NCBI GenBank assembly: GCA_029953675.1
Contig: JAMWBK010000001.1
Coordinates: forward strand, 1 to 64,000
Length of the DNA stretch: 64,000 nucleotides
Reading direction: 5' to 3'
DNA from: Rhodosorus marinus CCMP1338
Taxonomy: Eukaryota > Plantae > Rhodophyta
This document shows positions 9,424 through 19,320 of the stretch, piece after piece. Under the pieces are notes generated by a model. It did no database searches. It saw only the letters and a program-made list of their open reading frames with translations, and was not told the origin of the DNA. Both the position numbers and the translations under genes were made by a program. Each line of letters starts with the position of its first letter. The stretch's first letter is position 1.

Positions 9424-10887
9424 ATGGTAGCGATATCTCCGCGCTCGACGGAGCCTCCTCCCAAGGAGGCACTGCCAGGTGGGGGACTCCGTGTTCGCCT
9501 CAGCTGCGGCACCTTTTCTTCCGAGGTTGACTTGGAAGGCGCTTCGGGCACCCAGGCGCGTGCACTTATCTCCGCTGTCACCAGCCTGATCACGGCTGCG
9601 AGTGATCGTGGAGTGCTCCCTCAGCTCACCCAGAAGCTAGGTGGGCTGGAATCGGGATTGCTGGCCAGGTCAAATTCAAATTCGGACGAGAATTTGAATT
9701 GCCCCAGAGTGGCAGCGTTGGCTGAAGGCAGTCAACATCCGGTCAATCAACATGAACCTGTCCCGGGACAGGCGAGGGCTGTTGCTTCTGCGCGGGACGG
9801 TACGACGTTGGGGAGCGGCAGGCCGGGCCAAAACGCGCTTCAGCGCTCGGGGACTCGAGGCAATGGTGGTGGTGACTGTGCGGCAACCGGTGTGGAGGAG
9901 ACTGCAGCTGTGGACTTCCCTCTCTTGGACCAGCCCTCAGGTGGTCACCAGCTCCCGGCTACTTCGGGGGCACGTGGTGGCCGCAAGGGGGGCGCTTCGT
10001 ACGCATCAGTCTTGCGGAAGGGCACCACTGCCACACGTACGGCGGCTATGCTCCGTTTCATACCATCTCGCGAGCCTCAGGATGGACCTGTGGAGACCAC
10101 TCTCCAATTTCTGTGGGTGCGAAATGTCCGGCCCCAGACCACACGAGGACAGGTTCCGTCTATGCGAGACTTCCGGGACACTTTTGCGGAATCGTTAGGG
10201 TGCAGCCGGGGTGATTTCTTCTTCGCAAACTATGAGGGCCGCGATGTGCTGTTTTTGGTCTCCGCAACCGCCGCCAAGTACCTGGAGACCTTGCTGGCGA
10301 AGCCTACCGAGCAGTGGCCTGAGAGCGCCCGGTGGCTGCGCTGCAACCCGCAGGTGGTTTTGCACTTCGATTTTGACCGTTTCTCGGGCAATTTCCTGTC
10401 TCCGGGAGAAACGGCAGGGCTCTCTGAGCATGAGAGCAGCGTGAAGGCGGCAGCGATCCATTGGCTACGGATTCAGCGCCTTGAGAGGATCTTGTTGGAG
10501 CGGTTCCGGTCGGGCCCTCGTCACCTGCGCATGGCGGTTTCCAGTTTCTTCGCTCTGGAGAGGCGACTTGTGCTGACTTCGCGCTACAAGACAGAGCTGC
10601 AGCGGGTGGGGATTTTGGAGGGCTCTGCTTCCAGCACTACTTCCAGCGAGAGTGGTGAGGCAGGGGAGCAGACTGAGGGCATGGCGGTGGATGACGCCCA
10701 GGTTGCTTTGCTGAAGCCCGCGGGATCCGTTCCGCGAGCCTCGCGGAGTGGGCGGCTCACGACTTTGGTGCGGATAGGAGGTAAGAGAGCGAGGACCGAC
10801 TCCCCGGGTCTAAGGGGAGAAGCACGATTAGCGCTCCAGGCACGGCTGCGAGGTCGCAGCCTATGGATCTACAGTCTTATGTCCTGA
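9424..10887 (+). CDS. Family B ORF1 protein (putative coiled coil, low-complexity linker and RRM-like domain)
   Basis: The ORF is open from MVAISPR, and homologous segments are conserved in copies 2 and 3 (ALxSAVTSLITAA, SYASVLRKG, QFLWVRNVRPQTTRGQ, FANYEGRDVLF). The true stop may be the TAG at 10829-10831, homologous to the TAA at 16022 in copy 2; the two copies differ by 2 nt in homopolymer runs here. Confidence 0.75.
   Translation: MVAISPRSTEPPPKEALPGGGLRVRLSCGTFSSEVDLEGASGTQARALISAVTSLITAASDRGVLPQLTQKLGGLESGLLARSNSNSDENLNCPRVAALAEGSQHPVNQHEPVPGQARAVASARDGTTLGSGRPGQNALQRSGTRGNGGGDCAATGVEETAAVDFPLLDQPSGGHQLPATSGARGGRKGGASYASVLRKGTTATRTAAMLRFIPSREPQDGPVETTLQFLWVRNVRPQTTRGQVPSMRDFRDTFAESLGCSRGDFFFANYEGRDVLFLVSATAAKYLETLLAKPTEQWPESARWLRCNPQVVLHFDFDRFSGNFLSPGETAGLSEHESSVKAAAIHWLRIQRLERILLERFRSGPRHLRMAVSSFFALERRLVLTSRYKTELQRVGILEGSASSTTSSESGEAGEQTEGMAVDDAQVALLKPAGSVPRASRSGRLTTLVRIGGKRARTDSPGLRGEARLALQARLRGRSLWIYSLMS
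10844..10861 (+). promoter_or_regulatory. GC-rich stem-loop immediately upstream of the ORF2 ATG
   Basis: GGCTGCG-AGGT-CGCAGCC, with the ATG at 10863. The same 18 nt occur in copy 2. Confidence 0.6.
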
Positions 10888-13800
10888 AGGAGGGCGGAGA
10901 CTGGGGCATTTGGCGTACGCGTTTTCGGAGTTGGCTCCGGCGGTGGATTTCTTTGGAAGGAGGCTCGCTTCCCCTCCGTGGGGGCATTCCCCCAGTCGTC
11001 CTTCCTCGTGGAGACCTTCTAGTAGCTGGAACCATCCTCGATTTCATCTTCACGAGCCTGGCTCGCAACATTCGGGACACAGTCATTTGGGTTTTTCTGG
11101 GGGTCATGCCGCGCCTGATTCTGGCCCCCATTCACACATCGGAGCGCAGATGGCGAGTACGAGACCGACTGGCCTTGTTCTTGAAGGGAGACTTCGAAGT
11201 ACTACAGCGCAGCTATTTGGCGTCGTCAGCACCATCCGCCCGTCGGACTCGGCATGGCATAGTGTCGCCCGTGCCAGCTCGAGTACAGAAATTGGTAGCA
11301 GTGGGCGATTTAAGTCGAGCGGCGCGGGTTTTGGAGGGCCAGGCGCCAGTCCTCCCCTACGATGATAGTCTCGCCCAGACGGTGTCGTCTTTGTTCCCTG
11401 AGTCCGACGTGGATTTGTCCCCTGAATTCGAGGTATTCTTGGACCGTCCGGAGTTGGCCAGGTTTCGCATCGATCTGACGCTCAGTGAGTCTGACCTGGA
11501 GGATTTGCTTCGTACCTCGCGTCGGGGACGCTGTCCCGGACCCTCCGGACTAAGAACAGAGCTATTGCAGGCCCTGAGCCAGCCTGGCCAGAGCGCGCTT
11601 CTGAGGATCCTTAACAAGTTGTTCCAGGGCGTATCGGGTGCGTCTGCGCCATGGGAACATCTCCGGCAGGCACAGCTTTGCTTGCTCACGAAACCTGACC
11701 ACCAGCCGGCCCACCCGCGTCTCCGGCCGATCGGGATGGTGGAGAGCCTACGGAAGTTAGCCGGGAGGTGGCTATGCCAGCGCCTTCGCCAGCGCGTCAC
11801 AGCTTTTATGGCGCCCTTGCAAGTAGGGGTGGGATTTTCTGGGGGTTGCGAACTGATCACCCATGGGATCGAGCTAGAACGCGCCAGTAGGCCGGAGTGG
11901 GGAGTCTTGGTGGTTGATTTCCGGAACGCATTCAACAGCGTGTCGCGGACGCATGCGCTAGAGGTGCTCCGACGTGTGTTTCCGGAGGCGTGGCCGTTTC
12001 TATCGGGTATTTACGGAGGGGAGAGCCTCCCCTACTTGACAACTTAGGGCACTGTTTTTCAAGCACATACTGGCGTCCAACAAGGCGACCCTTGCGGACC
12101 TCTTCTTCATGCCTGTGCCCTACAGCTCGTACTTTTACGTCTTTCGACTGAGGTCTCGGATCTTCGAATCTGCGCGTACCACGATGACGTAACATTGCCG
12201 GGCACCCCTGACACCCTGGCTAGGGGACTGACCGCGATCGAAGCGATTGCACGTCGCGTCGGTTTGACTGTGGAAACAGAAAAATGTCGCTTTCTCCCCG
12301 CGAGGGACGTGTCGCTGAACTCTCTGCCACCCACTCTGCGACTAATCAGCGAACGTGAAGGGTTCGAACACCACGGCGTCGGATTGGGGACTGACAACTT
12401 TGTCCAAGCATCCTGCGAGCGAGTTTTGGCACGGCACAAGCAACTCACCGACGCCATTGAGCACCTACCCGACAGCATGCTGCAATCGGCCTGCTTGCTT
12501 TCCCGCTTTTGTGCCGGTCCCAGACTCAACTACTGGTTGCGCAGCCTGCCTCCAGCTTGGGGCTCGTGGATCGCGGCTAAAGCCGACGAAATGACCCTGC
12601 AACACTGGGGAACGCTCTTGGATGAGCCCCTCGATCTTGAAGCTGCTCCCGACAGGGACTTGATTCGTGCACAGATCGCTCTACCGTTGCGATTAGAATT
12701 CGGCCTCGCAGACCGTGGGCTGGTATGCTCGCCAGCGGCGGTTGCCTCCTGGGCTACCGCGCTGCGAACGTTGGTGACCTTCCAGATGCGAAGTGCCTGC
12801 CTCTTGGCTCGAGCTTTGACCAACGAGGATCCAGTGACCCTGCCGCCCCCGCTTTTGACAATTTATGATGGTCTTCAACACGCGTTCAGGAGGTGCAACG
12901 CCGTGCCGGACGCAAATCGGTCCCGCTTTCGTTCCTGGAGGGAGCTGTTATGGGGACGAGCTGAAGCGATTGAGGATTGTCCGCTCGACCGAGTTCTTGC
13001 CGATGACGGAGAGGCTAGCCCCGGGTCCCCTGTTGCAGACTACCCGGGTTTGAGCCGATTGTGGAGCTCCCGCGCTGATGTGATTCAACATAGCCTCACC
13101 TGGGGCCAACACAGTGCCGCTCACACAGTCATGCTCAATTCTCCTCTCACGCCGCCTACCACTGCCGCTCGTCTCCGCGGCATGGGAGGCCACCTCTCGC
13201 ACTTGTGGTTAACCACTCTACCGTCGTCATTGAGTCATCGTCTCGATGCTTTCCAGTTCCGTTCTGCCGCACGGATCTATCTCGGTTTGCCACAGGCTCC
13301 GTGGCACTCTAATCGGCCGTCTTTCTGTCAGGGATGTGAGAGCCGGATTGACGCTTGTGGCTACCACTTCCTGGGTTCCTGCGGACTGTTGCGAGGTCTC
13401 CGTACGAGGCGTCACACTCGCCTCAAGTACATCCTCAGCGAATTTTTGACTCGGATAGGGCATACGGTTGAGGTTGAGTCGGAACTGCCCAGATCCATCT
13501 CGGACTCTGCACTGCCCGTTTGTACAGCCGATCTCCTCGTCTCCGACGCTGCTGCCAGACGCTCAACATATGTGGACCTTGCGATTACCTGCCCCGTGGC
13601 CAGCGCCCACCTCACCGCAGCCGCCCGCCGCCGGGGGGCCGCGGCTTCAGCCCTTCGAAGAGTTAAGGAACGACGGTATGCTGAGAGCATGGCCAGTCTG
13701 CCTTGCGCTGGGGGTCGCTCTCACCGGTTCCAGCCATTCATTGTGGAAAGCTTTGGTCACGTGGATAAGTCGGGTTTAGAGTGGTTGCGGAAATGTTTTG

Positions 13801-13931
13801 CTGAGCATCCTACTGAATATTTGGCGCTCTTGAGGCGTTTAAGTGTCTCCCTTTGGCGATATTCCAGCAACATGCTTTCCGAGGGGCGCCATCGGCTCCT
13901 GGGGTTGCATGCTTCCCTCCCTAGTTATTAG
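10863..13931 (+). CDS. Family B ORF2: reverse transcriptase, CCHC zinc knuckle and PD-(D/E)xK restriction-like endonuclease, with one in-frame TAG at 12045-12047
   Basis: Motifs: PGPSGL, RPIGMVESLRKL, APLQVGVG, VVDFRNAFNSVSR, GVQQGDP, YHDD, CQGC..HFLGSC, RHTRLK, ADLLV..YVDLAITCP..KERRY..FIVESFG. ORFs 10863-12047 and 12195-13931 share a frame across a single stop (copy 2 has GAG at that codon). Confidence 0.9.
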
Positions 13932-13984
13932 TTCATCTTCACGCCTTGCGTAGCGCTTCAGGCTATGCTAGTAAAGTCCAGTAG

Positions 13985-14200
13985 AAGGCGTACCTAGTCC
14001 TAGGATGACCGTGCTTGAACAGGATCAGTTCTAAAGGTCATCAACTTCCTTAGTCTTCAAAAAAATAGACACACATTTCAGCCGAGGATGATGATCTTAG
14101 TGTTGTTGGGCGGAATGGGATGTCTGCTGGGACTCGTATAAGATTCGTCCCAAGGGGTGTTCAGTATAGAAGATCGCGCCTGAAAGACCATTAGTGACCT
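13985..14200 (-). pseudogene. Possible Ty3/gypsy pol relic (region preceding the integrase zinc-binding domain)
   Basis: A minus-strand frame reads WSFRRDLLY*TPLGTNLIRVPADIPFRPTTLR, resembling gypsy GLLY..RLCVP..LR..IL. Resemblance judged by eye only. Confidence 0.3.
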
Positions 14201-14405
14201 GTTGAATACTTGGAACTTTTGCGGCGTTTAAGTGTTTCTCTGTGGCGATATTCGAGTAGCAGGCTTGTCGAAGCGTGCCATAGGCGCCTGGGTTTGCACG
14301 CTTCCCTACCTAGTTCTTAGTAAAGCCAGTTCTTAGTTCCTTTTCACGCCTTGCGTAGCGCTTCAGGCTATGCTAAAAAAAGCCGCTAACGTAAACCAGT
14401 AACAG
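14201..14405 (+). mobile_element. Family B extreme 3' fragment with duplicated 3' UTR and telomere-like tail
   Basis: Reads EYLELLRRLSVSLWRYSS..HASLPSS*, then TAAAGCC|AGTTCTTAGTTCCTTTTCACGCC..GGCTATGCT..AGCCGCTAACGTAAACCAGT. Confidence 0.85.
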
Positions 14406-17400
14406 TGTGAGTATTCGTGAGGGTGTCCGGTGCGAGTTTTCGGTGGTTTTGCGTGGCAAGTGGGTTCTTCGGTGGGAGGCGCTTCTCTCTGCTGCCTTTC
14501 CCCCCGTTTTTCGGGTTTTGTGGTTGGTAGTCGGGTCATTCACCTTCTGGTTGTTGGGTCGTGACGGGGTTTTTTCTCCTGTGGAGTTGGGTGGTGTGTG
14601 TTTTCGGCGGGGGAATTGGTGGTTAAAGTATCGTCACTAAATTCTCTCGTGATGGTAGGGTTTCCAAGCGTCCTGCTCCCTCGGGAGCGGCGCTCCCTGG
14701 CAACGAGGTGTCCTTGGGGGTTGGGCACGGGGTGTGTCTAAGTTCGGGCCCCTTCTCTACGCAGGTGGAGCTTCAGGGCGCCACTGGTATGGAGGTGCGA
14801 GCCCTCATGTCAGCCGTCACCAGCCTAATCACCGCCGCGGGGGACAAGGGCGTCCTGCCGCAGCTGACCCAACGCCTTGATTTGTTGGAATCTAGCCTCC
14901 TGGCGCCTGCTCTAAAATCTGACACGGTGGCCACGGTGGCTACGCGGCCCCCAGGCAGTCAAAATCAAGGGGTCAGTCACTCTGCGACTGTCCCGAACAG
15001 ACGCGGGCTGCTGAGCCCGGTGTTGGTGGTCCCTCGACTGGCGCCTCTTCGGGGAGGGGTGCAGCTATCTCTACTCCTTTGCACGTCCCCTCAACGGGAG
15101 CGGACTTTCCTGTGCAGGGCCATCCCTCAGTTGGGGACAGCTCCAGGCCAAGGCGGGGACACGTGGTGGCCCTAAGGGGGGCCCGTCGTACACCTCGGTT
15201 TTACGGAAGGGTACCACAGCCGCCCGTACGGCGGCTATGCTAAAATTTTTGCCCTCTCTCGCGAGCAGCAGGGCGGACCTGATGCGACTACTTTGCAGTT
15301 CCTTTGGGTACGCAACGTTCGGCCCCAGACTACACGGGGCCAGCTCCCATCCATGAGTGATTTCCGGAATACTTTCGCGGAGTCCTTGGGCTGTTGCCGA
15401 GACGACTTCCTTTTTGCGAACTACGAGGGCCGGGATGTTCTTTTCGTGGTCACTGCAACAGCGGCCACGTACCTGCAGGCCCTGCTGGCCAAGCCTACCG
15501 AGCAATGGTCTGAGAGTGCCCGCTGGTTGCGGTCTCGTCCCCAGGTCGTTCTGCACTTTGACTTTGACCGTTTCTCGGGCACCTTCCTGTCTCCCGGAGA
15601 AACGGCAGGACTCTCTCAGCACGAGGCCAGCGTGGAAGCCGCAGCCATCCATTGGCTACGCCTTCACCGCATTGAGCGTATACTTTTGGAGCGTTTCGCG
15701 TCGGGGCCACGCCACCTGCGTGCAGCCGTCTCTACCCTTTTCGACCGAGAGAGGCGCCTTGTTCTGAGCTCAAGTCACACGGCGGAGTTACAGAGGTGGG
15801 GGGTATTAGAGGGCTCTGCAACCAACACCACTTCCAGTGAGAGTGGTGAGGAAGGGGAGCAGAATGAGGGCATGTCGGTGGAGAACGCCCCTATTACTTT
15901 GTTGGAGCCCGAGGGAGCTATCCCGCGAGCCTCGCGTAGTGGGCGGCTGACCACTCTGGTGAGCTTAAGCGGAAAACGTGCGAGGACCGACTCCCCCGGG
16001 TCTAAGGGGGAGAAGCACGATTAACTCCCCGGGTACGGCTGCGAGGTCGCAGCCGATGGATTTGTGGTCTTATGTCGTGAAGGAGGGCGGAGACTGGGGC
16101 ATTTGGCGTACGCGTTTACGAAGTTGGCTCCGGCGTTGGATCTCTTTGGAAGGAGGCTTGCTTCCCCTCCGGCCAGAATTCCGCCTGTCGTCCTACCTCG
16201 CGGCGAGCTCCTAGTGGCTGGGACCATCCTGGACTTCATCTGCACGGGCCTGGCGAGTAACCTTCGGGACACCGTCATGTGGGAATTTCTGGGGGTCATG
16301 CCGCGCCTGATTCTGGCCCCAACTCACACCCCGGAGCGCAAATGGCGTGTCCGAGATCGGCTTGCCATGTTCCTGAAAGAGGAATTCCAGGTGTTGCAGG
16401 AAAGCTACTTGGCGTCGCTGGAACCATCCGTTCGTCGGACCCGGGTTGGAACCGTCTCGCCCCTGACGGCTCGAGTACAGAAATTGGTAGCGGTGGGCGA
16501 CTTGAGTCGAGCGGCGCGAGTTCTGGGGCCTGTCCTCCCCTACGAAGAAAGTCTCGACCAGACGGTGACATCTTTGTTCCCCTCGTCCGACGTGAACTTG
16601 CTACCCGAATTCGAGGCATTCTTGGACCGTCCGGAGTTGGCCCGGTTTCAAATCGACCTGAGTCTCAACGAGTCTGATCTGGAGGATTTGTTTCGTACCT
16701 CGCGTCGTGGACGCTGTCCTGGACCCACAGGGCTTCGAACCGAATTATTGCAGGCCTTGGGCAAGCCTGGCCGGAGCGCGCAGCTCAAGCTCCTGAACAA
16801 ACTGTTCCAGGGCACATCGGGTGGGTCCGCCCCATGGGAACATCTCCGAAGGGCACAACTTTGCTTGCTCACAAAGCCTGGCCATCAGCCGGCTCACCCG
16901 AGTCTCCGGCCGATCGGTATGGTCGAGAGCCTACGGAAGCTAGCTGGAAGGTGGCTATGCCAGCGCCTTCGCCAGCGGCTCACGGCTTTCATGGCGCCCT
17001 TGCAAGTGGGAGTGGGATTTTCGGGGGGTTGCGAATTGATAACCCATGGGATCGAGCTGGAGCTTTGGAGGCCGGACTGGGGAGTTTTGGTGGTTGATTT
17101 TCGAAACACATTCAACAGCGTCTCGCGGGCGCATGCGTTAGAGGTGATCCGACCGGGTTTTCCGGAGGCGTGGCCCTTCCTCTCTGGTCTTTACGGAAGG
17201 GGGAGCCTCCCCTACTGCACCAAGGAGGGCACTGTTTTCCAAGCACATACTGGAGTCCATCAAGGCGATCCTCGTGGGCCTTTAGTTCATGCCTGTGCCT
17301 TGCAGCTCGCTCTCCTGCGTCTCGCGACTGAAGTGCCGCCTCTTCGTATCTGCGCCTATCACGACGACGTGATCTTGCTGGGCGCCCCTGAAACCCTGGC

Positions 17401-19175
17401 TCGGGGGTTGACCCAGATCGAAACGATTGCACGTGGAGTAGGTCTGACGGTGGAACCCGAAAAGTGTCGTTTTTTCTCTCCAAGTGAAGTTTCGATGGCC
17501 TCTCTGCCATGTAATCTACGAACCATTGGCGAACGTGAAGGGTTGGAGCACCACGGCGTCGGTTTCGGGAGCAACAACTTCGTCCAAGCCTCTTGCGAAC
17601 GAGTTTTGCCTCGGCACAAGCAGCTCACTGACGCCATTGAGCGCCTTCCAGACAGCATGCTGCAACCGGCGTGCTTGCTTTCCCGCTTTTGTGCAGGTCC
17701 CCGACTCAACTACTGGTTGCGTAGCCTACAACCCGACTGGGGTTCGTGGATCGCCGCCAAGGCCGACGAGATGACGCTGAACCACTGGGGCACGCTCTTG
17801 GATGAACCACCCCCCCCCCCGATCTTGAAGCGGCTCCCGACGGGGACTTAATTCGTGCCCAGCTCGCTCTACCGTTGCGCTTAGGGGGATTTGGTGTCGC
17901 AGATCGGGGGCTCGTCTGCTCGCCTGCGGCGGTCGCCTCCTGGGCAACCGCGCTCCGTACCTTGGTGACTTTCCGGATACAAACTGCCTGCCTTGTGGCT
18001 CGAGCACTGACTAGCAAGGACCCAGTGACCCTTTCGCCCCAGCTTTTGACGATCTATGATGGTCTTCAACAGGCGTTCCGGAAGTGTAACGCCGTGCCGG
18101 ACGAGAATCGATCCCGTTTTCGCTCCTGGCGGGAACTGCTATGGGGACGAACTGAGGCGATTGAGAAAAAACTCACCCATTGGCAGAGTTCTTGCCGATG
18201 AGGGAGAAGCTAGCCCCGGGTAACCTGTTGCAGATTACCCAGGTCTGAGCCGATTGTGGAGCTCCCGCACTGATGTGATTCAACATAGCCTCACCTGGGG
18301 CCAACACAGTGCCGCTCACGCAATCGTGCTCAACTCTCCCCTCACACCGCCTACCACCGCCGCTCGCCTTCGCGGCATGGGAGGCCATCTCTCGCACCTG
18401 TGGTTAACCACTCTGCCTTCGTCGCCGGGTCACCGTCTCGATGCCTTCCAGTTCCGCTCCGCCGCACGGATCTACTTGGGTTTGCCACAAGCCTCGTGGC
18501 ACTCTAATCGGCCGTCTTTCTGTCAGGGATGTGAGAGCCGGCTTGACGCTTGTGGCTACCACTTCTTGGGTTCATGCGGACGGTTGCGAGGTCTCCGCAG
18601 GAGGCGCCACACTCGTCTCAAGTACATCCTAAGCGAATGTTTAACTCGAGTCGGGCATACGGTTGAGGTAGAATCGGAACTACCCAGATCGGTCTCGGAC
18701 ACGGCGCCGGCCCGCTGTATCGCAGATCTTCTTGCCTCAGACCCTGCCGCCCGACGCTCAGCATATATTGACCTCGCGATTACGTGCCCTGTGGCGAGCG
18801 CCCACCTCACGGCTGCCGCCCGCCGCCGAGGGGCAGCCGCTTCGGCTCTCCGACGATTGAAGGAACGACGGTATGCTGAGAGCATGGCCAGTCTGCCCTA
18901 CGCCGAGGGTTGCTCCCACCAGTTCCAGCCTTTCATTGTGGAAAGCCTTGGTCATGTGGATAAGTCGGGCTTAGAGTGGTTGCGGAAATGTTTCGCTGAG
19001 CATCGAACTGAATACTTGGTGCTTTTGCGGCGTTTGAGTGCCGCCCTGTCGCGATATATTACCAGGATGCTTGCCGAGGCGCGCCAACGGCGCCTGGGTT
19101 TGCACGCTTCCCTCCCTAGTTCTTAGTTCCTTTTCACGCCTTGCGTAGCGCTTCAGGCTATGCTAGTAAAGCCAA
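14406..19175 (+). mobile_element. Family B copy 2: full-length but frameshifted two-ORF element
   Basis: ORF1 remnants span about 14652-16024 and ORF2 spans 16056-19126 in several frames. It has the same RT (GVHQGDP, YHDD), CCHC and RLE motifs as copy 1, and the nucleotide sequence is visibly diverged from copy 1. Confidence 0.92.
16036..16055 (+). promoter_or_regulatory. Stem-loop abutting the ORF2 ATG in family B copy 2
   Basis: CGGCTGCG-AGGT-CGCAGCCG is followed directly by the ATG at 16056. Confidence 0.6.
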
Positions 19176-19320
19176 GCAAGGCCCAGTAAAGCCCAATAAA
19201 GCACAATAAAGCCAGTTCTTAGTTCCTTTTCACCACTTGCGTAGCGCTTCAGGCTATGCTAATAAAGCCCAGACTAACGTAACTCCAGTCCAGTCCAATA
19301 AAGCCACAAAGGCTATGTTA
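19127..19320 (+). repeat. Reiterated family B 3' UTR/tail units containing one telomere unit
   Basis: Two copies of the roughly 55-bp 3' UTR, several AATAAAGCC/AGTAAAGCC units, and CCCAGACTAACGTAACTCC at 19268-19286. Confidence 0.9.

Larger units (their letters stand above)
9194..13983 (+). mobile_element. Family B copy 1: near-intact two-ORF CRE-like non-LTR retrotransposon
   Basis: It comprises a G/T-rich 5' UTR, ORF1 (from 9424), ORF2 (10863-13931) and the 3' tail GGCTATGCTAGTAAAGTCCAGT. The 5' boundary is inferred from the identical 5' UTR start found at 24929. Confidence 0.92.

Noticed and set aside
12045-12047. Programmed stop-codon readthrough in family B ORF2
   Set aside because: Copy 2 has GAG at this codon, so a point mutation or sequencing error is the simpler explanation.
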